A DNA stretch of 64,000 nt from Azolla caroliniana (Eukaryota; Plantae; Polypodiophyta), in assembly GCA_043228905.1 (NCBI GenBank), contig JBHGNT010000002.1:25792001-25856000 (forward strand), read 5' to 3'. Positions 11,501 through 24,699 of this stretch are shown here, piece by piece (within the stretch, counting starts at the first letter, position 1; each line of letters opens with the position of its first letter). The position numbers were made by a program, and so were the translations under genes. Below the pieces are notes generated by a model. The model had not been told where the DNA came from. It saw only the letters and a program-made list of their open reading frames with translations, and made no database searches.

Positions 11501-12570
11501 AAACAAAGACTTATGTTCAAAGCAACACCTCCAGATGGCATAACTAAATTGTAGGAGCACAAAGAAGATGGGTAACAGGAAGCGTTTGATGGCATGGATC
11601 GTACAGCATCCAGACTTGGTCGTTTTCTTGGTGTCAATGAACAGTGGAACTGGTGTTGAGGGCCCCGCACCGGGAAATGGAGGATGACATGTCTAGGGGT
11701 ACCACAATAGAGATAGAGGTCATTATCACATCGGTGTTGGTGTTGGGCATCAGTTAGTGGTTGGAACCGAGCATGGTCGATCTCCATCGGGGTATGGGTA
11801 TAAGTGGAGGATGGTAAGGTTGGTGTGGTTGGTGTGGTTGGCGAAACTAATACATGTGGCTTGGCTTTTGATGTATTTTGGGAGGAAGACTAGAACCCTT
11901 GAGTCCCACATTCTTCCTGACGAAGTTCAAAAAGATAATTATCATACTAAACAGCTTGGGAAATTACCTGAGACAACAATGTGGGCTCCGGAAAGTTCAA
12001 GAAAAGATTCTTGACATCATTTCAGAGGCCTCAACGAAAATGGTCGCATAAGGCTTGGTCATCCCAGTTGACATCGCATGAAAATTGACGGAACTCTAAA
12101 GCATAGACAGAGGTTGGACGTGAGCCTTGTTGGAAGGGATAGAGCTTCGTGAGTGACGTTCATCGTCAGTCTCTCTTGCCAAACGTGGCTTCGAGCTCAA
12201 CAAGGAAGGTGGGGAAGTTTTCTAAGAGAGGGATGAGGTCTCGACCAATGGCGCAAACCATGCTTGCACCGGCCCTGAGAGAAGGGTGTTGATGAGGCCG
12301 ACCCAAGAAAAATCACTAGCATATCATTGGGGATGTAAACATATGATAAGCCAAATTTGCTTGATGAAGCCGTGAAGATACATGCCCGAGTGCCATTGAA
12401 TTTGTCGAGCAAATTGACGATAGGTTCAAGGACATATGGATGGGAAGGGGAAATGGTTAGGCCAGGTGTTGACAACGGGTGTGGCTTGGCGGGCGATGGG
12501 TTTTGGGATGTGCCGGTTTAAAGCTCTCATAATAATTCCCAAAGGATTTCATTTTCTAATTGAAGTTGCC
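8520..12570 (-). mobile_element. Degenerate Ty3/Gypsy chromovirus (Tcn1-like) gag-pol: gag, protease, RT, RNase H, partial integrase
   Basis: Motifs MEIDHARFQPLT..LYLYCG, ALLDSATS, HHPYDCPTELQDG..PPFGPIYGL, FSKIDIRGAYNLV, EYLDHFVDDILVFS, DFITDLP-like integrase start and [10 protein letters not shown]. Many frameshifts. Confidence 0.85.
10144..10529 (+). mobile_element. Solo LTR inserted in the chromovirus RT
   Basis: TG...CA ends, 386 bp, perfect 5-bp TSD ATCAT (10139-10143 and 10530-10534). TATAAAA box at about 10355. Confidence 0.88.
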
Positions 12571-13070
12571 ATGACTTGGTTTAGGTTGTTCACCTTTATT
12601 AGGATCAAGGTGCACCTGAGTATTTATACAAGAAGGTAGAGGTATTCATGCACGCTAGGAATAGAGAAGGATACACACAGTTAAGGCAGAATATGATAAT
12701 ATCAAAGGAACAACAGAAAATGCGCATAAGAAAAGAAGGAAAGAAGGAAAATATGGTGGCCAATACCTCTATGGTTGGATGGGACACATGAAAATAGTTA
12801 GAATTATGTGCCCCCAGGATGGTTGTTTCCTCCACCTAGTCCTTTCTTATTTCATTCTTATGTTGGGATGAAATATACTTCCTTCACATAAGAACATAAC
12901 TTTTTGAATTTTTTGTGTTTGAGAAGGAAGTTATATGTTGGTATTCATGGGCGATAGCGAGATGATTGATGTGGACTGGAGGAAGTTCAGTTTCTGTTTT
13001 CTGACAAGATGACAGATGATGTTGTAGGGGCTGAAGCTGGATCAATCAAAAATTTCAAGAACTTTAGGAA

Positions 13071-13340
13071 TTGTTTACTGAAGGAAAAACTATCCCAAAG
13101 GAATCGGTATTTTTTCTCACAAAGAGATTCAAAAAAGAAGGAAATATGGCTTGTGCTAAGCAGTTACATAACCTTATTATAAAAATGGTTTGTTCACAGA
13201 CATCACTTTGCAAATCAGATGATAGACATGACAACCATAGAGTTGCAAGTGGTTATGACTTGAATATATTTGTGAGCAATGCTCTTATAGACATGTATTG
13301 CAAGTGCAAAGACAATGACAATGCAAGGAGATTATGAAGG
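13071..13340 (+). pseudogene. PPR (PLS-type) gene fragment
   Basis: GYDLNIFVSNALIDMYCKCKDNDNARRL is a typical plant PPR motif. Only one motif, followed by a stop. Confidence 0.6.
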
Positions 13341-14150
13341 AACATAAGATGCATGCTGAGATTGAAAGAACAGAACAGTTGGATGAAACATTTTCCTTGG
13401 ATATGCAGAACATGAATAAGATTGGCTAAAAACATTATTTATCTTTACCTTGAAAGGTTGACTACGGTCATTCGACATGGCTAGATACAATATTCACTGT
13501 AATATTGGATTTTCTTGTATATTGTCCACTTTAATTTTAATACCAATGGAGGATAGTTTTTTATGGGAAAAAAAAAGTTAGGAATAGAGAATGCATGAGG
13601 ATGCATGCAAGCTAGGAAACTTCCAATGGAAACCAGGAGTTCATGGGTTCAATCCTTACCTTACACCTTCAATTCATATATATGTCCATGACACAATTGT
13701 TCACTTGAGATACTTGAGGATCTCCCTTTGAAGTTCTAATCGTAATATTATCTTCTCCATATACTCTTATCTTCCTATCCAATCTTCTCTATATACTCTT
13801 ATCTTCCTATCCATCATTTGTCTCTTGATCACTCTATGTAACATAGCCAAGAATCTTCTCGTTGTATTTACACACCCTTATAAACTTGCTAAACTTACTA
13901 TTGCCTATAATAATATTTAATATAAATAATGTTTACATTGTGCAAATCCTTGTTTGATTCTTGTGATACAAAGGCTTCAATGTGGAGATCACATCAGAGT
14001 TTTCGACTTGGAATTCCAAGCTTAGGAGACAAAGTTACGTGAATTTTATAGACAGGTTTCTTATAAGGTGGAGTGGTCATGCCAAAAGAGGCTTATTACT
14101 AAAGTATTTATTTAAGCTAACAATTAGAATTTAGAAAAGGGGCTTATTAC

Positions 14151-14834
14151 CATAGATTGAAATATTCACATTCGTCAGGTTTCCCATTCGAATGCAAACA
14201 AATACGAATACGAATAGGTGGTCAGGTATTCGTTTAACTCAAAAAAAAAAAAAAACTTTGTCTTTTTTAATTTCCTAGGATAAAAAAAAGGAACTTGACA
14301 ATAAATAGGGATAATAAAAGAGGGACTTGGGGATTTGACACTACTAAATTTTTATAATAAAAGTATAACTTATAAGCTCATTAATTAAAATTAAATAAAT
14401 AAATAAATAAAATAAAATAAAGGCTCATTAATTTCTCACTTTTTAATCCCTCAAAATTTATGGATATTTTAATTTTGACATTAAAAATAGTACTTCAAAC
14501 TAATAATATCTTTAAAGTTCATACTAATCAGATTTGTAAGTATAACTAAATTTTTATAATAAATGTATAACTTATAAGCTATAAGTATTCATTTTTTAAA
14601 AATAAACTAATTAATTGATTAATTAAAATAAGTTTCATAAACTCTCTTGACACTATAATCTATTAATGAATCATTATTCTTTTTTATGTGAATAAATTTA
14701 TTTAAATAAATATTTTATATATTTTTTGCAAAACGAATGGGTTTTTAATATTCTTGGGGTCATTTCATATTCTCGAATATTGAGAATATTGTGCATGGAG
14801 AATATCACGAATATGACGAATGTGTCAATCTATG
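14151..14834. mobile_element. Non-autonomous hAT-type element (MITE-like)
   Basis: 10-bp TIR CATAGATTGA / TCAATCTATG. Perfect 8-bp TSD CTTATTAC. ATTCG/CGAAT subterminal repeats. AT-rich core. Confidence 0.9.
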
Positions 14835-15339
14835 CTTATTACCAAAAGGTACATCTTTTTTCTATAGCCTAAATAATATGTAGTATCGTTTTTTGGAATA
14901 ATAATAATAATAAAAGTTATGTAAATTTTGGCGAAATTGGCATAATAACTAACTTGCCGAGAAACTCGGCATGTCAATACGAAGGATTCATCATGAAGAT
15001 CACACCTGAGATTTAGGATTTTAATTCCACTTTCTAAGTGTGAAGTAGTGACCTACTATAAAATTTTGAAGCAACGAGAGTCTAACTTGACATACCGGCC
15101 GGAGTTGATGTCCCATCCGCCGGATGACTCCCGAGGATAGGGCAAAAATATTAAAACTTACCTTCTTTCTTTTAATTACCTTTTGTGCCCCTTAGGAGGC
15201 TACAAAAGTAATTAGCATAAAAAGGGAGCCTTCTATCGTCTACAATCATGCTCTGGCCGCCTAAAATTAAACTAATTAAATATTAATAATAAATTATAAA
15301 ATACAATATACTAACTAAGTTGGATTGGTTTATTTAATA

Positions 15340-17850
15340 CCTAAGAGTGAAGGTATATCGGACGATATCAAAAAATGAAGGCCAATAACTTTGTTCAATA
15401 CATTATATAAAATCTTCGCCAAAACATTGTCATTGAGAGTGCAACCTTTGTTATATGATTTAATTCATATCACCTAGACAGGTTTTATTCAAAAAAGAAT
15501 TGTAATGGATAATTTATTCTTTTTTGGGGAAGTTATTGCTTTGATTTGAAAAAACATATGATCAAGTTGATTGGGAGTTCCTTCATGGTACTCTTGCAAG
15601 ACTTGGTTTTCTAGAAAAATGGGTGATTGGAGTGTCTTCTTTGTAGAAATCGGCCCATAGTTCTATTTTGTTAGGAGGGGTTAAAGGTGATGTGTTTCAA
15701 ATTTCCTAAAGTGTATGACAAGATTGTCCACTTGCACCAGATATTTTTGCTTTTTGCTAATGCGATGCGTTTGTTTTTTTACTTCTAAAGATGTTGAATT
15801 GAAAGGAATAGCAATGCCCTTTGATGGGGCAAATGTTGTCAATGTAGAATTTGTTGATGATACAAGTTAACTTTGTATCTAGATGGTTAGCTTAATAATC
15901 TACAAAAAATGTACACAGCAATGCAAACCTTTTGTATGGAGTCTAGTGCATCAATTAATTGGGACAAATCAGTGGTTTTTTTGGTGGTGTCGAATTCCAT
16001 TCCACAATGGAGTCCTCATCCAAATTTCCGATGGATTCCTGAGTGCACCATAGTTAGATATTTGGAATGCCAAGTAGGCTTGAATATTACGTCCGAAATT
16101 CAAGTTGCTTCTTTGCTATAATTTGAAAATTAAGAAAAAACTATTGTATTTTTGGACTAAAGCTAAACTATCATTTGCAGGTAGATTGATAGTAGTTAAT
16201 CAAGTTTTGTTGTCTAGCCTTTGGTATAATATGTCATGTTGGAGTTTTTCCAGATCATGTATGTGACAGTTAGACAAATTGATTCGGAATTCTGTGTGGG
16301 ACCTGGTAATGATGGAAATCATGTCAGGGCAAAGGCCTCTTGGTCCTTGGATTAGGCAGGATTAGGGATTGTAGATCCATTACAACAGTCCAAAGCTTTG
16401 TTTGCGAAATTGGTGATTCGGGGATCATACCAGGATAAGAACCTTGGAAACAATTATTGTTGTTATATGAATTGCAAAAGTTTTGTCCCAAACTTGGTGG
16501 AGATTGGAAGCCTAGTTTTCAATGGAGTTTTACGGAACATAACAAGTTGTCTATTTCCACAAACTGGGAAGACAGATTTGCTCAATCTGTTTTTAATTCA
16601 TGGAAAGATGTTCCTCTTGATTTAGTTAAGAGATTGCCAAAAATAGACATTGAATTTTGTAAAGATCCCCTGATTTGGAATTCGTGTTTGACTGACCATA
16701 GGGGACAGATGTTGGTAAGCCATACTAGATTTGCATGGTCAGAATTAGACCATGGACCATCACAGTCTATAGGTGCATGGACAACATTTCTGTCTAAATC
16801 TATAGAACAACAAATGATAATGCTAAATAATATAAGGGGCGGAAATATAATGTATTCTGTAATACAACCCGTCCTCTCTAATATTCAGATGCAGATTGGA
16901 TCTTCTACACAGAAGTGGATGGGTTTATTTACTCCATTGGATGTTTCGATTGGAGTAAAAGCCTATATTGGGGAAGTGTATATATGATTTTTTATGTACA
17001 TGATAATGGTATGTTAATCTTCGCATCTAAGGAAATTAATTTGTTTAGTTTTTGTTTGCATAATGAAGTGAGGGTAGGGTGATCGCAAATGATGGATCAA
17101 ATTCGATCTTAGAATATCCGGATTCACAAAACGTGAATTCTTTTTGGAGGATTTGGATTATGGAAATGAGACAAATATCTACATTAAATTTGGGTTCTGC
17201 AGAACCATATTAGAAGGCATGGGTTCAAGATCAAATAAAATATGTGCCTTTTTTCAATATTGTATGAAGACTGGTAGGAAAATATTAGATCTAGATCATG
17301 GAAAGAACCAGCTGCAAAATTCGTCTTTTGGAGATAAAATGGACTTTCTCCACAACATCTTAAACAATTTTAGAAATGGTTGTGGGGTATAAAAATGAGT
17401 AGGAAAATTGTTTGTTTCCGTTGGTTGTTGGTTTATAAAGCTATACCAGTTAATGTGTAGCAGCAAAAAGGGAATGTAGACAAGATGTGCCCTTTCTCTA
17501 TGGATCTAGTAGAGAATGCTAAGCATTATTTGTGGAGTTATGGTTTTGCTATGGAAACATGAAAACGAATCATAACATTTTTAATACCAGTATATCCTTG
17601 AGCAGTCTATACATGGGGAGCAGTATTATGCATGTTGGTACAAGATAAACCAATGGTATATGAACAAGAGGAGGTTGCAGATGCTATTGCAATGAGACAT
17701 GGTTTGATGGAAAAAACATTGATAACTTTAAATCCACAAATAGAGACGGATAAACCTCAAATATGGCAATTGGTAAGTTACAATATTACAATTTGGTATA
17801 TTTGGAAAACTCAATATTTGAAGGTATTTCAAAACTATAATTATTAAATT
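15340..17850 (+). mobile_element. Degenerate L1-type LINE (RT and downstream ORF2)
   Basis: Broken RT motifs (GFI..R...DN, QDCPLAP, EFVDDT), then INWDKS, RYLECQVG, LSFAGRLIVVNQVLLS and GLGIVD. Many stops. Confidence 0.8.
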
Positions 17851-18207
17851 CTTATTGTTATTAACTATTTTATTTTAAGTATTAATTAATATTGAATATT
17901 TTATTTATTAATATTATTTGTATTATATAGATTAAATTGATAAGTAAATTATCTGCACAAAATAAGTAAATTAAATATCTACATCAAATAAGTAAAATAA
18001 ATAGATAAGATCAGATAAATAATTAAATATTAAGATATTAATATTAATAATTAAATTAAGTAGATAATTAAGTAAAATCAATTTTAAATAAAAGTAGTTA
18101 GTTAATGATAATGTTGATACTAGTTAAGTACTTAAAGAAATACTTTTTTGTAATCCAAATTGAAATACTTAATTCAATAAGTAATAGTTGTAATCTTAAA
18201 TTCAATA

Positions 18208-21200
18208 AGCAAGAGTGGTTGAGATGCAGCGGAAGGACTCTATGTGTGTATGCACGTAAGGCAAAACAGAGAGAGAGACAAACAGAGAAAGAGAGCTTAA
18301 GACAAAGATAACTATATATTACATCCAACCAAAATACTTCCAACAGTAACAAGATTACAAAGGGTTGGTTTAAATACCAACTAAACTAGGGCAAGGGCCC
18401 TTTCTACTATTTACAAAACTAGCATGGTATGTCCATGAGCTAGTGTGAAACCTATTTCTATGGGAAGTTGAGTTCGATTCTCAACACGCCCCTTCAAACA
18501 CAACTTCCGAATATCGGTCTTCGGAACACTTGGAACTTCGATTGTCCGGCTTTTCGGTTGCATACTCCTTGTTCGGCTTCACTGTTCTGTACTCCCCCTC
18601 AAGCTCGGCTGGTCGGGAAGAGATAAGCCAAGGTTCGACACGAACTGTCGTAGCTCATCGATACCAAGGGCTTTTGTGAATATGTCAGCAACCTGGAGGT
18701 GCGTACTAATATGTTGTAAATCGACGTCTCCGGCCTGTACGCGTTCGCGGATGAAATGATAATGTAGGTCGATCTGCTTAGTCTGCATGTGGAATACAGG
18801 GTTCCGCGCCAAATAGATATTGCTCATGTTGTCGCAGTATAGACGAATTGGATCTTTGATGAGTATGCCCAACTCCTTCAATATACGCTTGAGCCATACA
18901 GCTTCACACATGGCGACCACCGCGCCCCTATATTCGGCCTCCGTGCTCGACAGTGAGATTGTCGGTTGCTTCTTACTGCTCCAGGAGATCGCTCCGCTAC
19001 CAAGAGACAAGACGAATCCGGATGTGAATCGTCTATCTGCTTTGTATCCTGCCCAGTCTACGTCTGTGTACCCTTCGAGTCGAATGATCATATTCGACTT
19101 ATACATGATGTCGTACTCCATCGTCGTGCTGACATACTGAAGTATCCGCCTAGTGTAATCCAGATGAAGATTTCGCGGATTTTGCATAAATTGACTAAGT
19201 AGGCCGACCGAATAATTGAGCTACCAATTAGTTGACGATACTGAGTCGGCTCATTTTCGGTCGTGCCGGAGTTAGCATCGATCTTGAAATTACGATCGAG
19301 AGGGGTAGACACAGGTTTGCACTCCTTCATTCCGAACATGTGGAGTAAGTTGAGGACATAGTGCCGTTGGGATATCATTATTCCGACTGGTGTTCGAATT
19401 ACTTCAATGCCTAGGAAGTAATGGAGCTCGTGCAGGTTTTTCATTTCAAATCTGCTGGAGAGAAGTGATTTGACCTTGTTAATCTCGGCTAGATCTTTTC
19501 CTCCGATGACCAAATCATCCACGTAAAGGATGAATCAAATGACAATTGGGCTATCCGACTCGTTTCGGATGTACAAAGAAGTATCAGATTTTGACATTTG
19601 AAATCCAATCTGATGAAGATACTATGTGATCTTTGAGTGCCACACACATGGTGCTTGTTTGAGGCCGTAGAGAGGCTTCTTGAGTCAACACACGGCGTTC
19701 GGATGACTGTGCGATTCAAAACCGGGTGGTTGGATCATGTACACCTCCTCTTCCAATTCTCCTTGAAGAAAGGCATTCTTGATGTCCATTTGGTGGAGGT
19801 GCCACCCTTTTGCTGATGCGATGGCAATTACGGTCCGCACAGTTTTTATCTTTGCCACCGGGGCAAAGGTCTCTTCGTAGTCGACGCCATGCGTTTGCAC
19901 GTATCCTTTTCCAACAAGCCATGCTTTAAAGCGATTTACGGAGCCATCGGCATTGTGTTTCACTTTGTAAATCCACCTGCAGTCAATTGCTTTCTTGTTT
20001 GGAGGGTGAGGAACGAGATCCCAGGTCTTGTTTTTGCATAACTCTTCCATTTCCTCATTCATCGCATCGACCCATCGCGGATCCTATACAGCTTCGGAAA
20101 GCGTCTCCGGCTCCCGTACTGACGTTACCTTCATCATGAACGTGTAATGATAAGCCATGTACTCGTCATAGCCGAAACGGCTTACGGGGTATTTTTCACA
20201 GGTGGATCGGTGTAGCTCTACATTTGTGAGGACTATGGCTTTCCTCGTTCCATTTATGTGAGTGTCAAGACTTTCAAATTCACTGTCGAGAGAGTGAAGC
20301 ACCTCAATCTCTTCCTGATCTTCATATTCCCGCATTTTCATCTTCCCTTTGTTCAGCTTCAGACTCGGCTGAGATATGCTTTGATCACTTGGCGACTCTG
20401 ATGGCCCACTCAGCCATGTCGAGATTGGGTTGTCTTCAAACATCTGCATGAGCCTATCCTCAACTTCTATTTCTATTCTGGCGTCATCTGCGTTGAGCGG
20501 AGTTGGAGTCGAAGTATTCTCTGGTGCGTACCAGGATGCGTATTCGTCGAAGACTATGTCTCGGCTTGTTCGAACTTTTCGGGTAGATGGGTTGTAGCAT
20601 TTGTACCCCTTTTGTTCGAGTGAGTATCCTATGAGGATACATTTCTCTAACTTCGGATCGAGCTTTTGTCGCGTATCGTCGGGAATGTGTACGTACGCGA
20701 TTGCGCCAAAAATACAAAGGTGTGATAAGTTTGGCTTCTTTCCAAAGAACTTCTCATGTGGGGTTATGTCGTGTACTCCCGATGTTGTGCACCTGTTCAT
20801 GAGGTATACGACCGTGTTCGCCGCTTTTGCCCAATACGATTTCAGAGATTCTTCTCATTCATCATAGCCCGAGCGACTTCTACTATGTGCCGGTTTTTAT
20901 GCTCAGCTACGTCGTTCTATTGAGGTGAGTGACGGCATGAGAATTCTCGTTGATCTGTAGCTTTTTCGACTTCGGCTTTGAATCTCTGGAAGTATCCGAA
21001 CACTTCCCTCTTTAGTTTCATCGGGTAGATCCAGGTGTTCCTGGAGAAGTCGTCGATGAATGTAACATAATATCGGCATCCGCCAAGTGTGCTTGTCTGG
21101 GCCAGTCCCATCTAAATGTACAACATCCAGGATCCCGTTGCTCACATTCCGCTCTTTCGGGAATGGATGTTGGTGTTGCTTTCCGATTTGGCACGCTTCG

Positions 21201-23062
21201 CATACACCCATAATCTCCTTCACGGTAAAGTTCGGGAGTTCGATTACCACTCCTTTCGATTGCATGTTCTGAATTTTTTGGAGATTTATGTGGCCAATTC
21301 TTTTGTGCCACAAATTTAAGTCCGTTTCGACTTTGAGGCCCTTTGTGAACATTCAATTCGAGGATAAACATACGGCCTTCACGACAACCGTGAGCTACGA
21401 CTTGACCGCCTATTTCGATGAAGCACCCATCGTTGTTGAATCGTACTTGCATTCCTTGTTCGACAATCTGGCCGACTGAGACCAGGTTTTTCGTGATGGT
21501 GGGGACATGCAGTACATTCTTGAAGTAGGTTTGTTTTCCGTCGTTTCCGAATGGGATGTTCCCGATATGCTGTATTGGATGAGTCATTTCATCTCCTGTT
21601 TTGACATATCCGGGACGTTTGGGCTTTCGTAGTTCCCGAAACCAATCTTTATGAGACGTCATGTGATTTGACGTTCCTGAATCGACAAACCATACATTAT
21701 TTGAGGTGGAGGCGCTAGTTGAAGCCTGTGCGGACATCGAGTGCACTTCACGTTTCATTATGAACATTCCACCACAGTCGTCGTAGTCGGAATTTGAAGC
21801 GTAATTAGTAAGTTGTCGATCTGCCTCATGTTTCTTCTTTCGGCACTCCTCTTCATAATGGCCGAGTTTTCCGCAATACCCGCATTCGATTGGGTTTCTA
21901 CGATTGCTTGGTCGAGCTCGATGACTCCCCCTTCCGCCGAATTTTCTGGGACTGGATCTGTCCGCTTGCCATTGGTGGGGGTTACACTCATGATTGTGTT
22001 GGCCTTGGCCGAATCGACCTCTCCTCCCGCGATCGTGTCCTCTTCCTCCATCGAAATTCGAATACAGCATTTGTCCGTTAGGCGTGTTGTTCCTTTGACG
22101 CACGTGATTCTCCTCGACAAGCAATAACGATTGGAGATCAAAAAAGGAAGGAGGATTCTCTCTCACAAGGATGGCCGATCTAATCGAGCCAAATCGAGCT
22201 GTTAAGCCACCAAGGCATACTTGCACCATCTCGTCATCATCGATGATGACATTGATTGAACCGAGGGCATCACATAGTTCCTTGATCTTCAAGGTGTAAC
22301 TTGTGACCGACATATCCCTCTATTGTAGATTGTTTAGCTCCTGTCGAAGTTGGAGTTTCCGTGCAGTCGTATTCGCCGCAAAGATTTTCTTGAAGTTTTC
22401 CCACGCCTGTTTCGGCGTTTTTGCTTCTCTGATATATCCCAACATATGATCATCTATGCATGATGCCAAGCAATACAACACACGGCTTGCGGCCTACTCC
22501 CAAGCGGGATAGTTGGCGTGTGTTGGGTTGGGTTGCATTTCGTGAGCTCCTTCAATGTAGCTCCAATAACCTTACCCGACAAGGTATTGATGCATCTTGT
22601 ATTCCCAAGATGCGAAGTTCGTTCTGTCGAGCTTCTCCGTCAAAAGAGCGTTTCCCATCTGAGTATTCATGGTGATTTCTTCTCTGTTGATGAGTCGGTT
22701 CTATTGTTCATTAGCATGTACCACCACACAAGAAATGAGGACGAGGATTAAGCAACCACACGCTCTGATACCATGTAAAGAGGATGAGGAGCAAGAGTGG
22801 TTGAGATGCAGCGGAAGGACTCTATGTGTGTGTGTGTGTGTATGCACGTAAGGCAAAATAGAGAGAGAGAGATTAAGACAAAGATAACTATATATTACAT
22901 CCAACCAAAATACTTCCAATAGTAACAAGGTTACAAAGGGTTGGTTTAAATACCAACTAAACTAGGGCAAGGGCCCTTTCTACTATTTACAAAACTAGCA
23001 TGGTATGTCCATGAGCTAGTGTGAAACCTATTTCTATGGGAAGTTGAGTTCGATTCTCAACA
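18208..23062 (-). mobile_element. Ty1/Copia LTR retrotransposon with both LTRs and a mutated gag-pol
   Basis: LTRs 22774-23062 and about 18208-18486. PBS tRNA-iMet (GCTCTGATACCA, 22762-22773). Zinc knuckle CGYCGKLGHYEEEC, protease WFVDSG, integrase, RT (QMDIKNAFLQG), RNase H ending SLRGS. Confidence 0.95.
18579..22670 (-). pseudogene. Copia gag-pol polyprotein, fragmented by frameshifts and stops
   Basis: ORF-track pieces 21018-22313, 20903-21352, 20084-20800, 19685-20062, 19088-19522 and 18579-19187 fall in canonical Copia order. Confidence 0.9.
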
Positions 23063-23288
23063 CTCCCCAACATACTTATAAATACCACACACTCTATTGA
23101 CCAGACCTAGAGAAAACCAAGAATTTGCATACGACCAATCAAGCAAATACACTTTGACAACCTCAAGCATTGTACCCGTGAAGGTTTGCCACTCCATTCT
23201 CCCTAGTTCAAGTCCCGGTGGATCTGCTCCACTTCACACCCACGCACGTAACTTTGCGACAATGGTTAATGTTTATGGGCAAGGCCAA

Positions 23289-23330
<42 letters not shown>

Positions 23331-24699
23331 TATATATATCCGAAGTTCTTATTTCTCTTCATGATGCACACCACTTGTATATATTAATGTTTATTTGAAT
23401 ATTAGTAAGGAGAGAAAAGTAAACTTAATAATGTAATGAAGTCATAATTTAAAAGGTAACAATTATTTAAAACAAAAGAACGAATATGGAACATGATGGC
23501 ATCTATATATAATACAACATGGAAGCAACATGTCCGCTTAATATAATATGGATAGAAAGCATAATTATAGTAGGTCATATAAGGATGTTGATAGTGGGGG
23601 AAATTAAGTATTGCTTATCATGATTATTTTTAATGTCATGACATCGCCTGTTTAGAGGAACACCTAAGTAGTCTAGCATTTGAATGTTTGCATTATGCAA
23701 CATTTACGTCAATTGTAAAAATACTATTAAAATTTATGAGAGAGAAAGGGGACAAGAAAAGGTTTGACAATGTGTAGCATTTGATCATTTGTTTGGAATC
23801 TCTTCATAATTCATTATTAAACCAACATGATAGGTGAGTACTTCAACTACATTACTATTGTAGAGTTAACACTTCATGGGATTGTTTTCCAATGACTCAT
23901 TGCTATGTTTCCATACTTTATGTGAGGTTCCCATGTTATAAAAGCAAAATAAAAGTTTGTAAAAAGTATTTATCAATTGTGTTACGCAAATCATCTTGTC
24001 CAAACACGTAAAAAAATGTGCCAGAAGGTGAAATATTGGATAGTATATGGAGGTTAAGGGATCCAATAAATAAATAAAAACTAAACATTGAAGCTCACCA
24101 AATAAACTATCTATGACCATTAGATGGACACGCGAATTTACATTGGTGTCATTAGGATTTTGGTGGATAATTGTGGTTTGGATCTAGTCCATAAATCCAC
24201 ATGCTTTATTCGTTTTGTTATTCCTTCAAACATTAACAATCAAATATGGAAACATTAACAATCAAATCATTAATAAGGTACATAAACCTTAGGATTATAA
24301 CCTAGGCAATTGACGCATTAATTTGCATTTGTAACATATTGATTTAGGTGGGAAATTTCTATTTCGGACCTAGTCCATAAATTCAAACATTTAAGTTCAC
24401 AATCAAGTATGGAGACATAGTTCACAATCCAAACTACTTGATAAACTACGTACACCTTAATTAACAAGGGTGACTTTAATGTTCTGCAATTTCTATAATG
24501 TATTATCCAATATTACATTGTAACCTTGGTTTCCATTAAAACATTTGTTCCTAAGACTTTTTCAAGAGAAAGTGTTATTCCTTATTAAAGTTGAATAATG
24601 CAACAAATATTGGGTTTATGGTTTAGATCCCTAATTAACCTTACATGAAATCATGTGAGATAAACCTTTCCCATTATGACTTAGTTCATCTTATGTTTG

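Noticed and set aside
13585-13660. B-box-like GGGTTCAATCC
   Set aside because: No convincing A-box or cloverleaf; too degraded to call.
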